From a virus: a DNA stretch of 64,000 nt. Under the pieces are notes generated by a model. It saw only the letters and a list, made by a program, of their open reading frames with translations. It ran no database searches and was not told the DNA's origin. Positions within the stretch are counted from its first letter, which is position 1; each line of letters begins with the position of its first letter. The translations under genes were made by a program, and so were the position numbers. Of this stretch, positions 27,974-38,547 are shown one piece after another. The DNA lies in the IMG/VR virus record IMGVR_UViG_3300045256_000135, positions 64,001 to 128,000 of that record; one strand, written 5' to 3'.

Positions 27974-29163
27974 GTGTTGTAGTACGCAATAACGCACAGT
28001 TCATTCGGCGTGGTGCTGTTGGCCGTGTAACCGTACAGTTGGTTGATTGCGACGGAAACGCGATCAATGCTAGTTCTGTGAAGCTGAATGTTATTCGTGG
28101 TGACTGTGTAATCTACAGCGAGGACCTCAATCAGGTGTATGTGGCACCTAGGGTCCACCGCATCTTCAAAATCTCTGGAAGCGTAGGGCAGTACGCTATT
28201 GATTGGGGAGATCAAGAGTTTCCAGCGACTATCACTGGTAGTGCTGGAGTGTACCCAACTGGCTTTGTCGGTGGGGAGACACTACGTCTTCAACTGGATG
28301 ATCAGATTCAAACGATTGCTTTTCAAAACACCGATCAGACGTTGGACCAGTGCATTAATCGAGTGAATGCTACATATGGCCCGATTTTTGGTCAGTTGGT
28401 AGCTTTCAACGACAGTGGACAGATCCAGTTTAGATCAAAGCGGCTTGGGCGAATTGGATCTACTGGTGTTGTCAATCCTGGTACGTCCCCATCTGTTTCA
28501 ACAGCTTTTGGTATCCCTGTAAACACATCCGTCACTGGTACATACAGAGAGCAAGAGACATCCTGTACTGACACCCTGTTGTTTGAGTGGATTGCTACTG
28601 ATGCTCTGCATCCTTCTGAAGAAATTCGAGTGATGCAAGTTGTATATGTACTTCCGCCAGTGATCTTTCAGATCCTTCCACAATTTCGGCTAATGCTGGA
28701 CAAGAGCTTAAAGCTAGTTGACCCAGCAGCTGGAAACATGCTCGGGTACACCGATAGCATGCTCCTGCAATACCTGATTGGTGGGATTCAAACGATCAAC
28801 CAAGCACAGCCAAGTATCTTTTTCTCGTTGGACAACTACCCGTACCGAGACTTTGGGAGTTTACTGATGGAGGCTTCCCTATATTGGGGCCTTTTGTCAC
28901 AAGTGCTGTATGCTGTTGATACAGACGTGCCCAATTACTCGGACCAAGGTGCGAGCTTCGTTATCAACCACTTCCAATCGCTCAAGGGCGTGCTTGATTC
29001 AATGAGCCAAGCACTTGAGCGAAAGATCCCGTTGATGAAGCTCCACTTCGTTAATACTGGATCAGTGCTAACTCAGATGGGTCCGTCCTTCAGACTTGAA
29101 GCTCTCTTGGTTGCTGCACCTAACGGAAGTTTGTTCAGGAACACATTCATGGGTGGCAACTGA
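27970..29163 (+). CDS. Putative head-tail adaptor (neck) protein
   Basis: C-terminal YTDSMLLQYL...IN...NYSDQGASF helical adaptor-like region; position after head genes. Confidence 0.55.
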   Translation: MSVVVRNNAQFIRRGAVGRVTVQLVDCDGNAINASSVKLNVIRGDCVIYSEDLNQVYVAPRVHRIFKISGSVGQYAIDWGDQEFPATITGSAGVYPTGFVGGETLRLQLDDQIQTIAFQNTDQTLDQCINRVNATYGPIFGQLVAFNDSGQIQFRSKRLGRIGSTGVVNPGTSPSVSTAFGIPVNTSVTGTYREQETSCTDTLLFEWIATDALHPSEEIRVMQVVYVLPPVIFQILPQFRLMLDKSLKLVDPAAGNMLGYTDSMLLQYLIGGIQTINQAQPSIFFSLDNYPYRDFGSLLMEASLYWGLLSQVLYAVDTDVPNYSDQGASFVINHFQSLKGVLDSMSQALERKIPLMKLHFVNTGSVLTQMGPSFRLEALLVAAPNGSLFRNTFMGGN

Positions 29164-30896
29164 TGACTGCAAGAGAAGAAAACAGTGTTGAGAAGTGGGA
29201 CGCAATCTGGGTGAGTGAAGGCTCTGAGACATGGAGAGCTACAGCACTAGATGCAGTGTATCAGAGAATTGTTCAGCTGATCCCTCGTGGCTCCAAGGTG
29301 ATAGATCTTGGTGGTGGCGTTGGTGTTCTTGGAAAGCTACTTCAAGAAGCCGGACACGACGTTGAGATTTGGGAGCAGTCAGGAGCAGCAATAGCAGCTG
29401 CTAAACAGGCTGGATTGAATGCTCAGCAAGTTGATTTTGTGACGGACCTACCCACCTTCCCAGAGGGATCAGTTATAGTAGCTACTGAGGTGTTGGAACA
29501 TTTTGACCGAGAGCTTAGATTCAAGATTCTAAACCAAGCTAGAGGTCATCTGTGCCTCTTTTCAGTGCCTAACGATCGGTTAGGACCAGAAGAGGAACCA
29601 CAGCATGCTGTGAAGTACACTGCTTTGAAGTTCCTACAAGATTTGCGAGAGCAGTGCAGTAAAGATGCACGTGTTGAGGTACTTGGTCCACCGAAAGATC
29701 GAAGACGCGTACCAGCGTTCTTACTTGGGGTGTGTGGTCAGCCAAAAGCTCACACACTCTCTATGACGATGCCAGTTCGAGATGAGGCTGAGGACATCGA
29801 AGAAGTCTTAGCCTCTTTTCGTGGCGTATCCGACGAGATCGTCATTGGGGTAGACCCGCGAACCAAAGATGACACGTTTGCAATTTGTGAGAAGTATTGC
29901 GAGAAGGTCTTTTACCTAACCGAGCTACTTGGTCCACCTGACGAGCAAGTACCTGAAGGTGGCTTCCATTTCTCTCATGCTCGCAATCAGTGCATCAATC
30001 GTTGTTCGAGCGAGTGGATCTTTATGACTGAAGGTCATGAACGGCTTGGTTCTGGACAGGATGCACTATTGAACCTCGGAAAGCTCTGCCCACCTGAGGC
30101 AATGGTTGGTTTTGTTTTGCGGACGGGGCAGGGTCAGCAGTGGGGGTTCCCGTGGCTGTTTAGGAACAAGCCTACGATTAGATTTCGAAGAGCGACACAT
30201 AATGACCTCGACTTTCCGCAAAGCTACCTCGTTGTACGATTGCCACAGGTTAAGACTATTCACCAGCGAGTCCACGAACGAGACATTGCTAGACAAAAGC
30301 AGAGAAAGGTTCAGAACAGAGTCACACTTATGCAGGACTGGATGGCAAACCAGTCGGAAATGTCGCTCTATTACTTGGGTTCTGAGTGGAGAGAATACGA
30401 CGACGAGCGAGCGATGTCGTATCTCAAACAGTTCATTACGATCAATAGATCGAATGGCCCAATGCGGTACAATACTCGTCTAATCCTTTGCAAGATGCTT
30501 GGTAATCTAGGTAGACTAGATGAAGCACGAGAAATACTCATACCAGCGGTTGGTGATGATTGGAGTAGGACTGAGCACTGGATCTGGCTCGGTGACATTA
30601 TGCACGTGCAAGAGCGGTACGAAGAAGCTCTGCAGTACTACCAGTATGGTGCTACGCGGATTGGTGATCCACCCTTCACTCTCTGGTGGATAGACCTATC
30701 ATTCTATTCGTACATTCCCGCACAAAGGCTTGCGATGTGCTATAGTGCTCTAGGCCGTTTGGAGGATGCACTTCAGTGGGCTAAAGCATCGAAGGACTTA
30801 CTACCACCCGATGTTCCAGAAGAGCTCGTTCAAGAGCACATTAAAAACATAGAGACAATTGAGGAGGCTTTAGCCAATGCATCTGCAAGACAATGA
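29163..30896 (+). CDS. SAM-dependent methyltransferase + GT2-like glycosyltransferase + TPR protein
   Basis: IDLGGGVG and ATEVLEH (class I MTase); SMTMPVRDEAEDI...DEIVIGVD...DDT...FSHARN (GT2); C-terminal TPR-like helices. Confidence 0.8.
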   Translation: MTAREENSVEKWDAIWVSEGSETWRATALDAVYQRIVQLIPRGSKVIDLGGGVGVLGKLLQEAGHDVEIWEQSGAAIAAAKQAGLNAQQVDFVTDLPTFPEGSVIVATEVLEHFDRELRFKILNQARGHLCLFSVPNDRLGPEEEPQHAVKYTALKFLQDLREQCSKDARVEVLGPPKDRRRVPAFLLGVCGQPKAHTLSMTMPVRDEAEDIEEVLASFRGVSDEIVIGVDPRTKDDTFAICEKYCEKVFYLTELLGPPDEQVPEGGFHFSHARNQCINRCSSEWIFMTEGHERLGSGQDALLNLGKLCPPEAMVGFVLRTGQGQQWGFPWLFRNKPTIRFRRATHNDLDFPQSYLVVRLPQVKTIHQRVHERDIARQKQRKVQNRVTLMQDWMANQSEMSLYYLGSEWREYDDERAMSYLKQFITINRSNGPMRYNTRLILCKMLGNLGRLDEAREILIPAVGDDWSRTEHWIWLGDIMHVQERYEEALQYYQYGATRIGDPPFTLWWIDLSFYSYIPAQRLAMCYSALGRLEDALQWAKASKDLLPPDVPEELVQEHIKNIETIEEALANASARQ

Positions 30897-31359
30897 CGAG
30901 TTGATCGGTGGTTACGTTACACTCGAGCTGATTCGTGATGGGAAGAATGGCCCCGAGGTTATTCACACGGAGACTCAGCACAACCTCGTTGTCAATACGG
31001 GAAAACGTCAACTTTGGCGTCAGTCTATGGGATTGAATACCAAAGTGTGGAACTTTTTCCGCATTGGAACGTCGTCTGGTGCAGCCAACTCAGCTCAGAC
31101 CAACCTGATCAGTCCCGTAACGAACACACTGAAGACTGCTGATGCAAAAACGCTTCTTTCAGGTACGCGAACCGCTCAGTGGGTGATAAGCTACCCATCC
31201 GGCGCAGGCACCAAGAGCGTCACTGGTATCAAGGAGGTTTGTCTCTTCAATCAGAGAACCTCACCAGGTGGTTCTGCTCTAATGCGCACCACGTTCACCT
31301 CTGTCAATAAGACCACAGCGGACAAGCTTCGGATTACGTACAAGGCGAGAGTGACCTGA
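30877..31359 (+). CDS. Putative virion structural protein
   Basis: GAGGAGG RBS; HNLVVNTGK...IGT...IKEVCLFN...VNKT..D.L.ITY pattern resembling phage fibre/collar proteins. Confidence 0.6.
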   Translation: MHLQDNDELIGGYVTLELIRDGKNGPEVIHTETQHNLVVNTGKRQLWRQSMGLNTKVWNFFRIGTSSGAANSAQTNLISPVTNTLKTADAKTLLSGTRTAQWVISYPSGAGTKSVTGIKEVCLFNQRTSPGGSALMRTTFTSVNKTTADKLRITYKARVT

Positions 31360-31550
31360 TGCTGGATAAGGTTGCAACCACTGATGAGATTACCACTGAG
31401 CTAGCTGAGTTGGTTCAACCGAACAACCCGTGCTACTCCTGTGGGAAAGAGACAGTTGAATACACGTATGAAGTCGATCCAGTAACTCAGCGACCAGGTG
31501 CAGTGCTTTCACGTATATGTTCGTCTGATTCCTGTAGAAAGATCCAGTGA
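31359..31550 (+). CDS. Small Zn-ribbon protein
   Basis: CYSCG...CSSDSC; TGATG coupling. Confidence 0.5.
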   Translation: MLDKVATTDEITTELAELVQPNNPCYSCGKETVEYTYEVDPVTQRPGAVLSRICSSDSCRKIQ

Positions 31551-31562
31551 TGGTGTGGTTGT

Positions 31563-33512
31563 ATGGCACTGCACACCAAAACGATTGAGTATGTTGTTCA
31601 AGGGCAAGCAGCGCAACAAGCTGCTAACACGCTCTTAACATTTAGCTCAATCAATATTGACATCCCTGAGACAGTGGGCAGGACGTTTAAGTCTTGCATT
31701 CTTGTTATAACGTACACATCGTTCAGGACAACATCAACGTCATCGACGACTGCTCCAACAGCTTCAATCAAGCTTGGTGCAGCTACAGCCACGAACTTCA
31801 CGATTGGCACTGACACTGGCAATGGTGTCACGTACATCGACTACAGGCCATTAGAGCATTGGTTAGATTGTACGTCACACTTTGTTAGCAACTACTCTGG
31901 TACTTCACTTGGCTGCGTAATTACGTTTCAGAGTCCTGTAGCAACTCAGTCCATTTGCGCTAAAGTCATCATCACATACGAGTATGATGACAGCAATACC
32001 ACCAGAGCGAAGACTGTTCGGATCCCTCTGGAGGGAAGTAAGATCGATCAAACAACGTCACTGGTCTCGGTTGGTAGTTCGACCGAGATACCAAATCTGA
32101 GTTCATTCTTACCTGAATCGTCGATTACGTACAAGGACATCTTCTTCGAGGTACAGATCGCAACTCGAAACAATGGCTCTGACGCAACACATTCAGTGTC
32201 GCTAGACGCAGAAGCAGCAACTGACTGGACTCTTATGCACACTGGTGGTAGCACATCAGGTGATGTTGGGTTCACAAAGTTCTTCTGGAAGCGAACTGAT
32301 ATGACTACTTCTGCAACTCACGACTTTAAGGCAAAGTGTAGTCAGGCGAGCTCTGGTTATGAAGTCGCAGTCGTACTGGTGGTGACCTACACGTACGATC
32401 ACTCATCATCGACCCGGATTCTGAATTCGATCATTGTACCGTTTGACATTCAGGGTTTTGGTATGCAGGAGATAACTGCACTAGCTAACGACCTTGTCTA
32501 TGGATGTGAAGTTTGGGTTGAGGAACCAGGTACGATTACCTTACTGCAAAGCGCAGTAAGAATCAACGCTGGTTATCAACGCACTGACAATGCTGGAGAT
32601 CAGCTTCGATTAAAGATCGGGTCACAGGTTGCGTATACGAATTACACTTCACCACTCCTAGCTGGATTTGTTACTGCTTGGGGTATAACTGCAACCCCGC
32701 TACAGCAACGAGTTGATTCAGGTGCTGCATCAGGACAAGCTCTGACACTGGCCAGGGGAAGGAACCTACTCAACTTCAGCCTGTACGCGAATGGTACATT
32801 CCTTTCGACGTACAATTTCATGGTTGTCACCTGCTCTGTTCTGTACCTGAACTACACATCTGACAAGCATGCTGGTGGTGACGGTATGCACAACCGAACC
32901 ATTCAGTGGTTGGGGCAAGCCGACATCTACAACGGTGTCATAGTTCAGTCTTCTGTAGGCTTCACACCGTCTGAATCCAATTGGTGGAACAACGGTTTTA
33001 CGCCACTGTTTAAAGTGAACGAGTTCGACGGGATCGAGTTACGCTTTCAGATTTTGCCCGGGGAGGGCCTGGGTGATGGGTGGCGAACTGCCGCATCGTA
33101 TGTTCTACCCAACTGGGCTCCACGGTATGAGACTCAACAAGCAACAAATCGACTAGCTTGGGATCGATACACTAACGACGCAGATACTTCTAGAAGCAAC
33201 CCATTTTCAACGAGAAACTGGAGAATGTCGGGGTCTCCGGTTACGGGCATCTCGCTAGCTCTCTCGTTTTGGATCACGTATCATTCGATTACCTATACGG
33301 TGAGTGGGAATGCATCTGGATATACTGGTGGTGGATCAGGTATTACAATAGGTGTACATCGATCTGATACTGGTGAGCTTGTTGGTACTTCTACCACATC
33401 AGCTGGTGGTAACTATTCGTTTACCTGGTACGACAATGTGGTTGATGTATACGCTGAAGCTCAACAGGACGCTACGCACGTAGGTCGTAGTGCAAATAAC
33501 GACGGAGTGTGA
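31563..33512 (+). CDS. Putative virion fibre / structural protein
   Basis: Thr/Ser-rich all-beta composition with internally repeated modules ending V.ITYEYD / VVTYTYD. Confidence 0.55.
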   Translation: MALHTKTIEYVVQGQAAQQAANTLLTFSSINIDIPETVGRTFKSCILVITYTSFRTTSTSSTTAPTASIKLGAATATNFTIGTDTGNGVTYIDYRPLEHWLDCTSHFVSNYSGTSLGCVITFQSPVATQSICAKVIITYEYDDSNTTRAKTVRIPLEGSKIDQTTSLVSVGSSTEIPNLSSFLPESSITYKDIFFEVQIATRNNGSDATHSVSLDAEAATDWTLMHTGGSTSGDVGFTKFFWKRTDMTTSATHDFKAKCSQASSGYEVAVVLVVTYTYDHSSSTRILNSIIVPFDIQGFGMQEITALANDLVYGCEVWVEEPGTITLLQSAVRINAGYQRTDNAGDQLRLKIGSQVAYTNYTSPLLAGFVTAWGITATPLQQRVDSGAASGQALTLARGRNLLNFSLYANGTFLSTYNFMVVTCSVLYLNYTSDKHAGGDGMHNRTIQWLGQADIYNGVIVQSSVGFTPSESNWWNNGFTPLFKVNEFDGIELRFQILPGEGLGDGWRTAASYVLPNWAPRYETQQATNRLAWDRYTNDADTSRSNPFSTRNWRMSGSPVTGISLALSFWITYHSITYTVSGNASGYTGGGSGITIGVHRSDTGELVGTSTTSAGGNYSFTWYDNVVDVYAEAQQDATHVGRSANNDGV

Positions 33513-33513
33513 T

Positions 33514-33720
33514 ATGATTAAGCAACGTGTTCTCTTTTCTGGTGGGCCATTTGGTGGTGAGTTGGGTGACTGGGACGTGCCTCAAGGTATGACCACTTTG
33601 CCTAACAATCATGAGGATGTGCTTACTGCTGGTGATGGGCTCAAGTATCGATATCGGTTCATTGTAGATAACGCACACCCAGCTGGTGGCTATGCTATCT
33701 ATGTAGGAGCAGAGGGCTAA
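33514..33720 (+). CDS. Small hypothetical protein
   Basis: GGAG RBS; FSGGPFGG motif; TAATG coupling. Confidence 0.5.
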   Translation: MIKQRVLFSGGPFGGELGDWDVPQGMTTLPNNHEDVLTAGDGLKYRYRFIVDNAHPAGGYAIYVGAEG

Positions 33721-34007
33721 TGGGCACACAGGGAAGCACTGTCATTGACTTTGGAGCTTTCCCAAGCTACGACGCAACCGTTGTTATCACGGGGCAAGGT
33801 GCGATTTCTGGAGGGTCCCTTGTCGAAGCTTGGATTGATCCAACCCAAGGTGCAACGACAGACCATACCGTTGATGAACATGTCGTTGAAGGAATCCAGG
33901 TGACATGCACTAATATTGTTCCTGGAGTTGGATTTACAATTCGAGCTGTCTTGTTAGGTTACGGTCCAACCTATGGGCAATATCGAGTGTCCTGGGTTTG
34001 GAACTAA
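33720..34007 (+). CDS. Small putative structural protein
   Basis: Beta-rich; ends GQYRVSWVWN. Confidence 0.55.
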   Translation: MGTQGSTVIDFGAFPSYDATVVITGQGAISGGSLVEAWIDPTQGATTDHTVDEHVVEGIQVTCTNIVPGVGFTIRAVLLGYGPTYGQYRVSWVWN

Positions 34008-34016
34008 GGAGCTACA

Positions 34017-35462
34017 ATGGGAATCACACTTGTTGACGGGCAGGGTGGAGCGAACTTAGCGAGGGTTGATAGCAACGGTTCGGTACAGACCCGCCTGTTC
34101 GGTGCAAATAGCCCCTTGGCTTTGCTCAATTCGAGTACAGCTGACCCAACCACAACCTATGGTTTGCCCATTATGGGCACTGACCATAGAGTTGCGAGAT
34201 TGGTTAGAGCAGACTCAGATCAATCGCTACGCGTTAATACTGCTACGACTCTGTACCTCTATGATGAGGCGGAAGGTGCAGCAGTAGACACCAACAAGTG
34301 GATTCAGTCTACCACTACCCAGACAATCACACAAGCAGGCGGAGTAATCACACTGAATGCTGGTAGCTCTGTGGCAACGACCACAGGGTCTATGCACACT
34401 TCGCATAAGCAGTTCCCTTATGTGAAGAAGGGCGGATTGATTTTTAGGGTTAGAGCTAGACCTACAGCACATTTTGCTAACAATCAACACCAGCTCGGGT
34501 TTGGTACGGCTACCTCGGTTACTGCTATAGCAGTAACAAACGGGGCTTTCTGGCGTAAGGATGGCACTGGACAATATGTACCAGTCCTATCCATCGGTGG
34601 GTCAGAGTTTCTTGGGAACGCTATCTCAGACGCAACTTTCAGAGCCTCAATACCGACCACGGATTACTGCATCTTCGAGATAGTATTAGAGCAGACAAGA
34701 GCCACGTTTAGGATTTTGCTTAGTGCTGGTACGTTGCTCAATGAGCAGATTATCGAATTCCCTGCGTCTGCTACAGTTCTGCAAGTAACTCACCTACCCG
34801 TATTTTATCAAAATGTTAATACAGGTGCTACTGGTACAGCTGTACAACTTCTGATCGACGGCGTTAGCGTTTGGGGTACTGATGGTTTTGTTGGACGCCC
34901 ATGGTCGCACGCCATGGCTGGTATGAACTATGGTGCCGTAACTAGCCCCACAGCTTATACCCAGTTGTCTAACTATGCGAACTCAGCAGCACCAACCTCG
35001 GCAACACTCTCGAACACTGCTGCTGGTTACTCCACTTTTGGTGGTCAGTGGCAATTTGCAGCAGTAGCCGGTGCAGAAACAGATTATGCATTGTTCGGTG
35101 TAGCTGTCCCAGCACCCTACGATCTGTATGTTACTGGCATCCAGATTGCAACGTGGAACATGGGTGCTGCAGTAGCTACAACACCAACCCTGTTGGCATG
35201 GTCACTAGCAATTAACTCTTCAGCGGTGTCGCTAGCTACCGGTGCTCCTTACACGCCAATGAGAGTGAATCTTGGCTCACAATCGCTCCCAGTTGGTGCG
35301 GCGATTGGTGCGAACGTACCTGACATCGTTAGAACTTTCCAGACACCACTTCACGTATTTCAGAGCAGATTCCTACACGTAATTCTGAAGATGCCTGTTG
35401 GCACAGCTACCGCTTCGCAAATCGTTCGTGGTACTGTGTCAATCGACGGCTACTTCGAATGA
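34017..35462 (+). CDS. Putative virion structural protein (beta-sandwich, possibly lectin-like)
   Basis: AAGGAG RBS; A/T/G-rich all-beta composition. Confidence 0.55.
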   Translation: MGITLVDGQGGANLARVDSNGSVQTRLFGANSPLALLNSSTADPTTTYGLPIMGTDHRVARLVRADSDQSLRVNTATTLYLYDEAEGAAVDTNKWIQSTTTQTITQAGGVITLNAGSSVATTTGSMHTSHKQFPYVKKGGLIFRVRARPTAHFANNQHQLGFGTATSVTAIAVTNGAFWRKDGTGQYVPVLSIGGSEFLGNAISDATFRASIPTTDYCIFEIVLEQTRATFRILLSAGTLLNEQIIEFPASATVLQVTHLPVFYQNVNTGATGTAVQLLIDGVSVWGTDGFVGRPWSHAMAGMNYGAVTSPTAYTQLSNYANSAAPTSATLSNTAAGYSTFGGQWQFAAVAGAETDYALFGVAVPAPYDLYVTGIQIATWNMGAAVATTPTLLAWSLAINSSAVSLATGAPYTPMRVNLGSQSLPVGAAIGANVPDIVRTFQTPLHVFQSRFLHVILKMPVGTATASQIVRGTVSIDGYFE

Positions 35463-35482
35463 TCTAGCGAGCGGGGTGAACT

Positions 35483-37519
35483 ATGTCACTCCTACTCGCC
35501 CAACCTAGTTCCAAGTTCTTTGACATTGTTGTCAGTGATACTGTCAGTATCACTGAAGACACTGGTGTTGTTCTTAATGGCAAGTTCAACCTGGTTCTCA
35601 GAGACCCAGGCGTTGCCTTTAATTTGGTACTGTCTCAGGGTACGGGGTCCCTGATTGATGTAACTGTATCTGACACAGTAACAGTTACAGATGCCGTAGT
35701 TCGCGAGGGCTTCTTCGACAGATCCCTTGCGGATAGTGCTTCTGTCACCGACTCAACCACGACCAATGTTGACTACAGCAGAGCTGGTAGTGATTCTGTT
35801 ACAGTTACTGATGTTGTAACGGCTGGTAGTGAGTTCGCTAGATCAGTTTCCGATACGATCAGCGTAACCGACTCGACATCCATCAACCTTGAGTATGGTC
35901 GTTCGATTTCCGATACGGTTACCGTAACTGACTCAACTACACTTTCAACCGAATACGCCAGATCAGTTTCTGATACAGTCACAGTCACTGACTCGATCAC
36001 TGTTGGTATTGAGTACAGCAAGTCTGTCTCGGACACAATCAGCGTAACTGACTCTACCACTGTTGGTGTTGAGTATGGTCGTTCAGTTGCTGATACAGTT
36101 ACTGTTTCAGATTCAACCGCGCTTAGCATTGACTATGGTAGAAATGTCCCCGACTCGGCCTCTACCACAGACTCAGTAGCAACAAGCTCAGACTATTCTA
36201 GAACTGCGTCTGATTCAATCAGCGTCACTGATTCAGTAGTAGTAGAAAAAGCACTGGACGTGTCGGTCTCGGACACAGTCAGTGTCACTGATTCGACATC
36301 GAGCACAGTTGAGTTTGGCCGAGTTCTTTCGGATAACGTTACGGTTACAGAAGCAACCGTTCGCGAACTCTTTGCCGATCGCTCGGGATCCGACACGATT
36401 TCGGTTACAGATTCTACGTCTGTAACCCGTGAAGTTTCAGCTAATGTCTCAGATACCATTGTAGTCACTGACTCAGCTACGACATCGGCTGAGTATGGCA
36501 GAGCACTTTCGGATTCAGTCACTGTAGCAGATCAAACCACCACCTCAGCTGATTACAGTAGAGTTGCCACAGATTCTGTGGCTGTTACAGATTCCGTAAC
36601 AGTTGATCTGATTCGGCAGATTGAGGTTTTAGTATCAGACACAATTAGCGTCTCTGATACGACCACTACTACAACAGAGCACAACCGCAGCCTCTCGGAT
36701 ACGGTTAGCGTATCTGATCAGGTGGTTAGATCGGCCGAATTTGGCCGTAGTGTAAGTGACTCTGTAGCTGTCACAGATTCTACGAGTGCTGCCAGAGAAG
36801 TTGGACCTACGCTATCAGATGTCGTCACTGTCTCTGATACTCTTACTACTTCGGTTGACTACCTTCGTTCTACGTCAGACTCTATTAGCGTAACAGATCA
36901 AGTAGCGGTTCAGACGAGTACAATCTTCTCTCTGAACCTGTCCGACACAATTAGTATCACAGATCAAGTAACAGTTCAGCTATACAAGCTGCTTAATGTC
37001 TCTGTCAATGACAACGTCGTTGTAACAGACTCTGTTAATACAGAGGTCACCAAGGCACTATCTGATTCGATCGTAATTAGTGATAGTCTAGACATACTGC
37101 TGTATCGAAGAATCGACATTCAGTTGTCGGATTCTGTTGTCGTTACAGACCAGGTATCGTTTGGCAATGATGTTATTGCCAATGACAACATTTCTGTAAC
37201 TGATTCTACAGTAGCAGAGCTACTAGCAGACAGAAGTGTTGCTGACACTATAAATGTCACTGACAGCGTCCAAGTAACTGGTGACAGAGACGTACGTCTC
37301 CTTGATTCGATTGATGTAACGGATCTAGTCGTTGTAGAGATGGCGTTCAACGTCATCCTCAGCGATTTGATAGCTATCAACGATAATATCAGTCTTGGGT
37401 ATGATCTTATCCCGCCAACCTACCCAGACACAGATAAACGACTTCTTTCTGAGAACTTCAGAGGTGGTTTCACCACTAGTACTGATACACCCCTAGTGAA
37501 TGTTAGGACGCGACGCTAA
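35483..37519 (+). CDS. Ser/Thr/Asp/Val-rich protein of ~20-aa tandem repeats (putative fibre)
   Basis: Roughly 28-30 copies of RSxSDxxxVTDS; 60-nt periodicity visible at 35821-36120. Confidence 0.8.
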   Translation: MSLLLAQPSSKFFDIVVSDTVSITEDTGVVLNGKFNLVLRDPGVAFNLVLSQGTGSLIDVTVSDTVTVTDAVVREGFFDRSLADSASVTDSTTTNVDYSRAGSDSVTVTDVVTAGSEFARSVSDTISVTDSTSINLEYGRSISDTVTVTDSTTLSTEYARSVSDTVTVTDSITVGIEYSKSVSDTISVTDSTTVGVEYGRSVADTVTVSDSTALSIDYGRNVPDSASTTDSVATSSDYSRTASDSISVTDSVVVEKALDVSVSDTVSVTDSTSSTVEFGRVLSDNVTVTEATVRELFADRSGSDTISVTDSTSVTREVSANVSDTIVVTDSATTSAEYGRALSDSVTVADQTTTSADYSRVATDSVAVTDSVTVDLIRQIEVLVSDTISVSDTTTTTTEHNRSLSDTVSVSDQVVRSAEFGRSVSDSVAVTDSTSAAREVGPTLSDVVTVSDTLTTSVDYLRSTSDSISVTDQVAVQTSTIFSLNLSDTISITDQVTVQLYKLLNVSVNDNVVVTDSVNTEVTKALSDSIVISDSLDILLYRRIDIQLSDSVVVTDQVSFGNDVIANDNISVTDSTVAELLADRSVADTINVTDSVQVTGDRDVRLLDSIDVTDLVVVEMAFNVILSDLIAINDNISLGYDLIPPTYPDTDKRLLSENFRGGFTTSTDTPLVNVRTRR

Positions 37520-38547
37520 TGCCACAACGTAGAACATTGGTTGGCTACTGGGGACGAGATCTCCGTCAAAGAGTCAAGGCAGAGATGACTCTGGAGAAGA
37601 CTCGTACCTTGCTTCAAGACCAACTTCTTGGCGGCGGCATTAGAGCTGCACTATGGCAAAATGTGTGGGATGTTCGTTTTGGTGCTCCAACCATCGCTGG
37701 AACACTTCCATGCAGCTGTGTTACAGCTACTAATCAGCACGCTGATCGAAGATGCAATAGCTGCTATGGGATCAATTTTCAGCCAGGTTACACCAAGTTT
37801 GGGTTTGAAACCATCTGGTTTTCGAGTATTTCGCCTAATCTAACGTTGACTAACGTATATCTGAACGACATCCTCAAGCCAAACCGACTTGAATTGACTC
37901 AAACGGCTACCCACGGCTACATTGTCACCCCAGACATACCTTATGTGCGTTCGGTAACAAACTTGCCGTGGGAGTACAAGGTTGACTACATCACCAAGAG
38001 TGCTAGCAGCGCAGTTCAGGTGGCTTGGTCAGTGGACCAAGGAGCTACGTGGCAACCAATTGAGCAACTAGCTGGGTTCAACCCAATCTCTGGCAAGATC
38101 CGCTTCAAAGTCTCGCTTACTCGAACGAATGTGTCCATTCCTTCACCTAGTTTTGAGATTCTGAGAGCGCGATTCCCTCGAGTTGGTGTTACCGGACGAT
38201 TGGGACCCTGGATTTTGGTGCTCAAGTCGATCAGTCCAGATAAGCTTAGCGAGGACCTACGAGGGATTACGATCGACTCACAATCGAACAACTTCTGGAC
38301 AGCTCCGTTGTCGTTCTTTGACTGTGGGATTCCAGATCAGCTCGGAGTTGGTGGTGAGTTCAACCCAGGCAATCTAATCGCTGACCAAGCCTTCATTGAG
38401 TTCATGGACGGTGTTAGACAGGGTCCAGTCGACCAGAGGTGGAGCTTGGTCAACAACACCTACTCTGAACCGTTTGCTTACATGACCCGTCAGTACTTCT
38501 CAGCGAGATTGCAACAAGAGCGAGAGTACACCTCCTTGGTGTGGTGA
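37519..38547 (+). CDS. Putative head-closure / neck protein
   Basis: CSC...CNSCYG.NF..GY motif resembling large-myovirus neck proteins; position. Confidence 0.55.
   Translation: MPQRRTLVGYWGRDLRQRVKAEMTLEKTRTLLQDQLLGGGIRAALWQNVWDVRFGAPTIAGTLPCSCVTATNQHADRRCNSCYGINFQPGYTKFGFETIWFSSISPNLTLTNVYLNDILKPNRLELTQTATHGYIVTPDIPYVRSVTNLPWEYKVDYITKSASSAVQVAWSVDQGATWQPIEQLAGFNPISGKIRFKVSLTRTNVSIPSPSFEILRARFPRVGVTGRLGPWILVLKSISPDKLSEDLRGITIDSQSNNFWTAPLSFFDCGIPDQLGVGGEFNPGNLIADQAFIEFMDGVRQGPVDQRWSLVNNTYSEPFAYMTRQYFSARLQQEREYTSLVW

Noticed and set aside
35820-36130. 60-nt periodic DNA that could be mistaken for a CRISPR array
   Set aside because: Repeats are degenerate at third codon positions, have no unique spacers and encode the 20-aa protein repeat.
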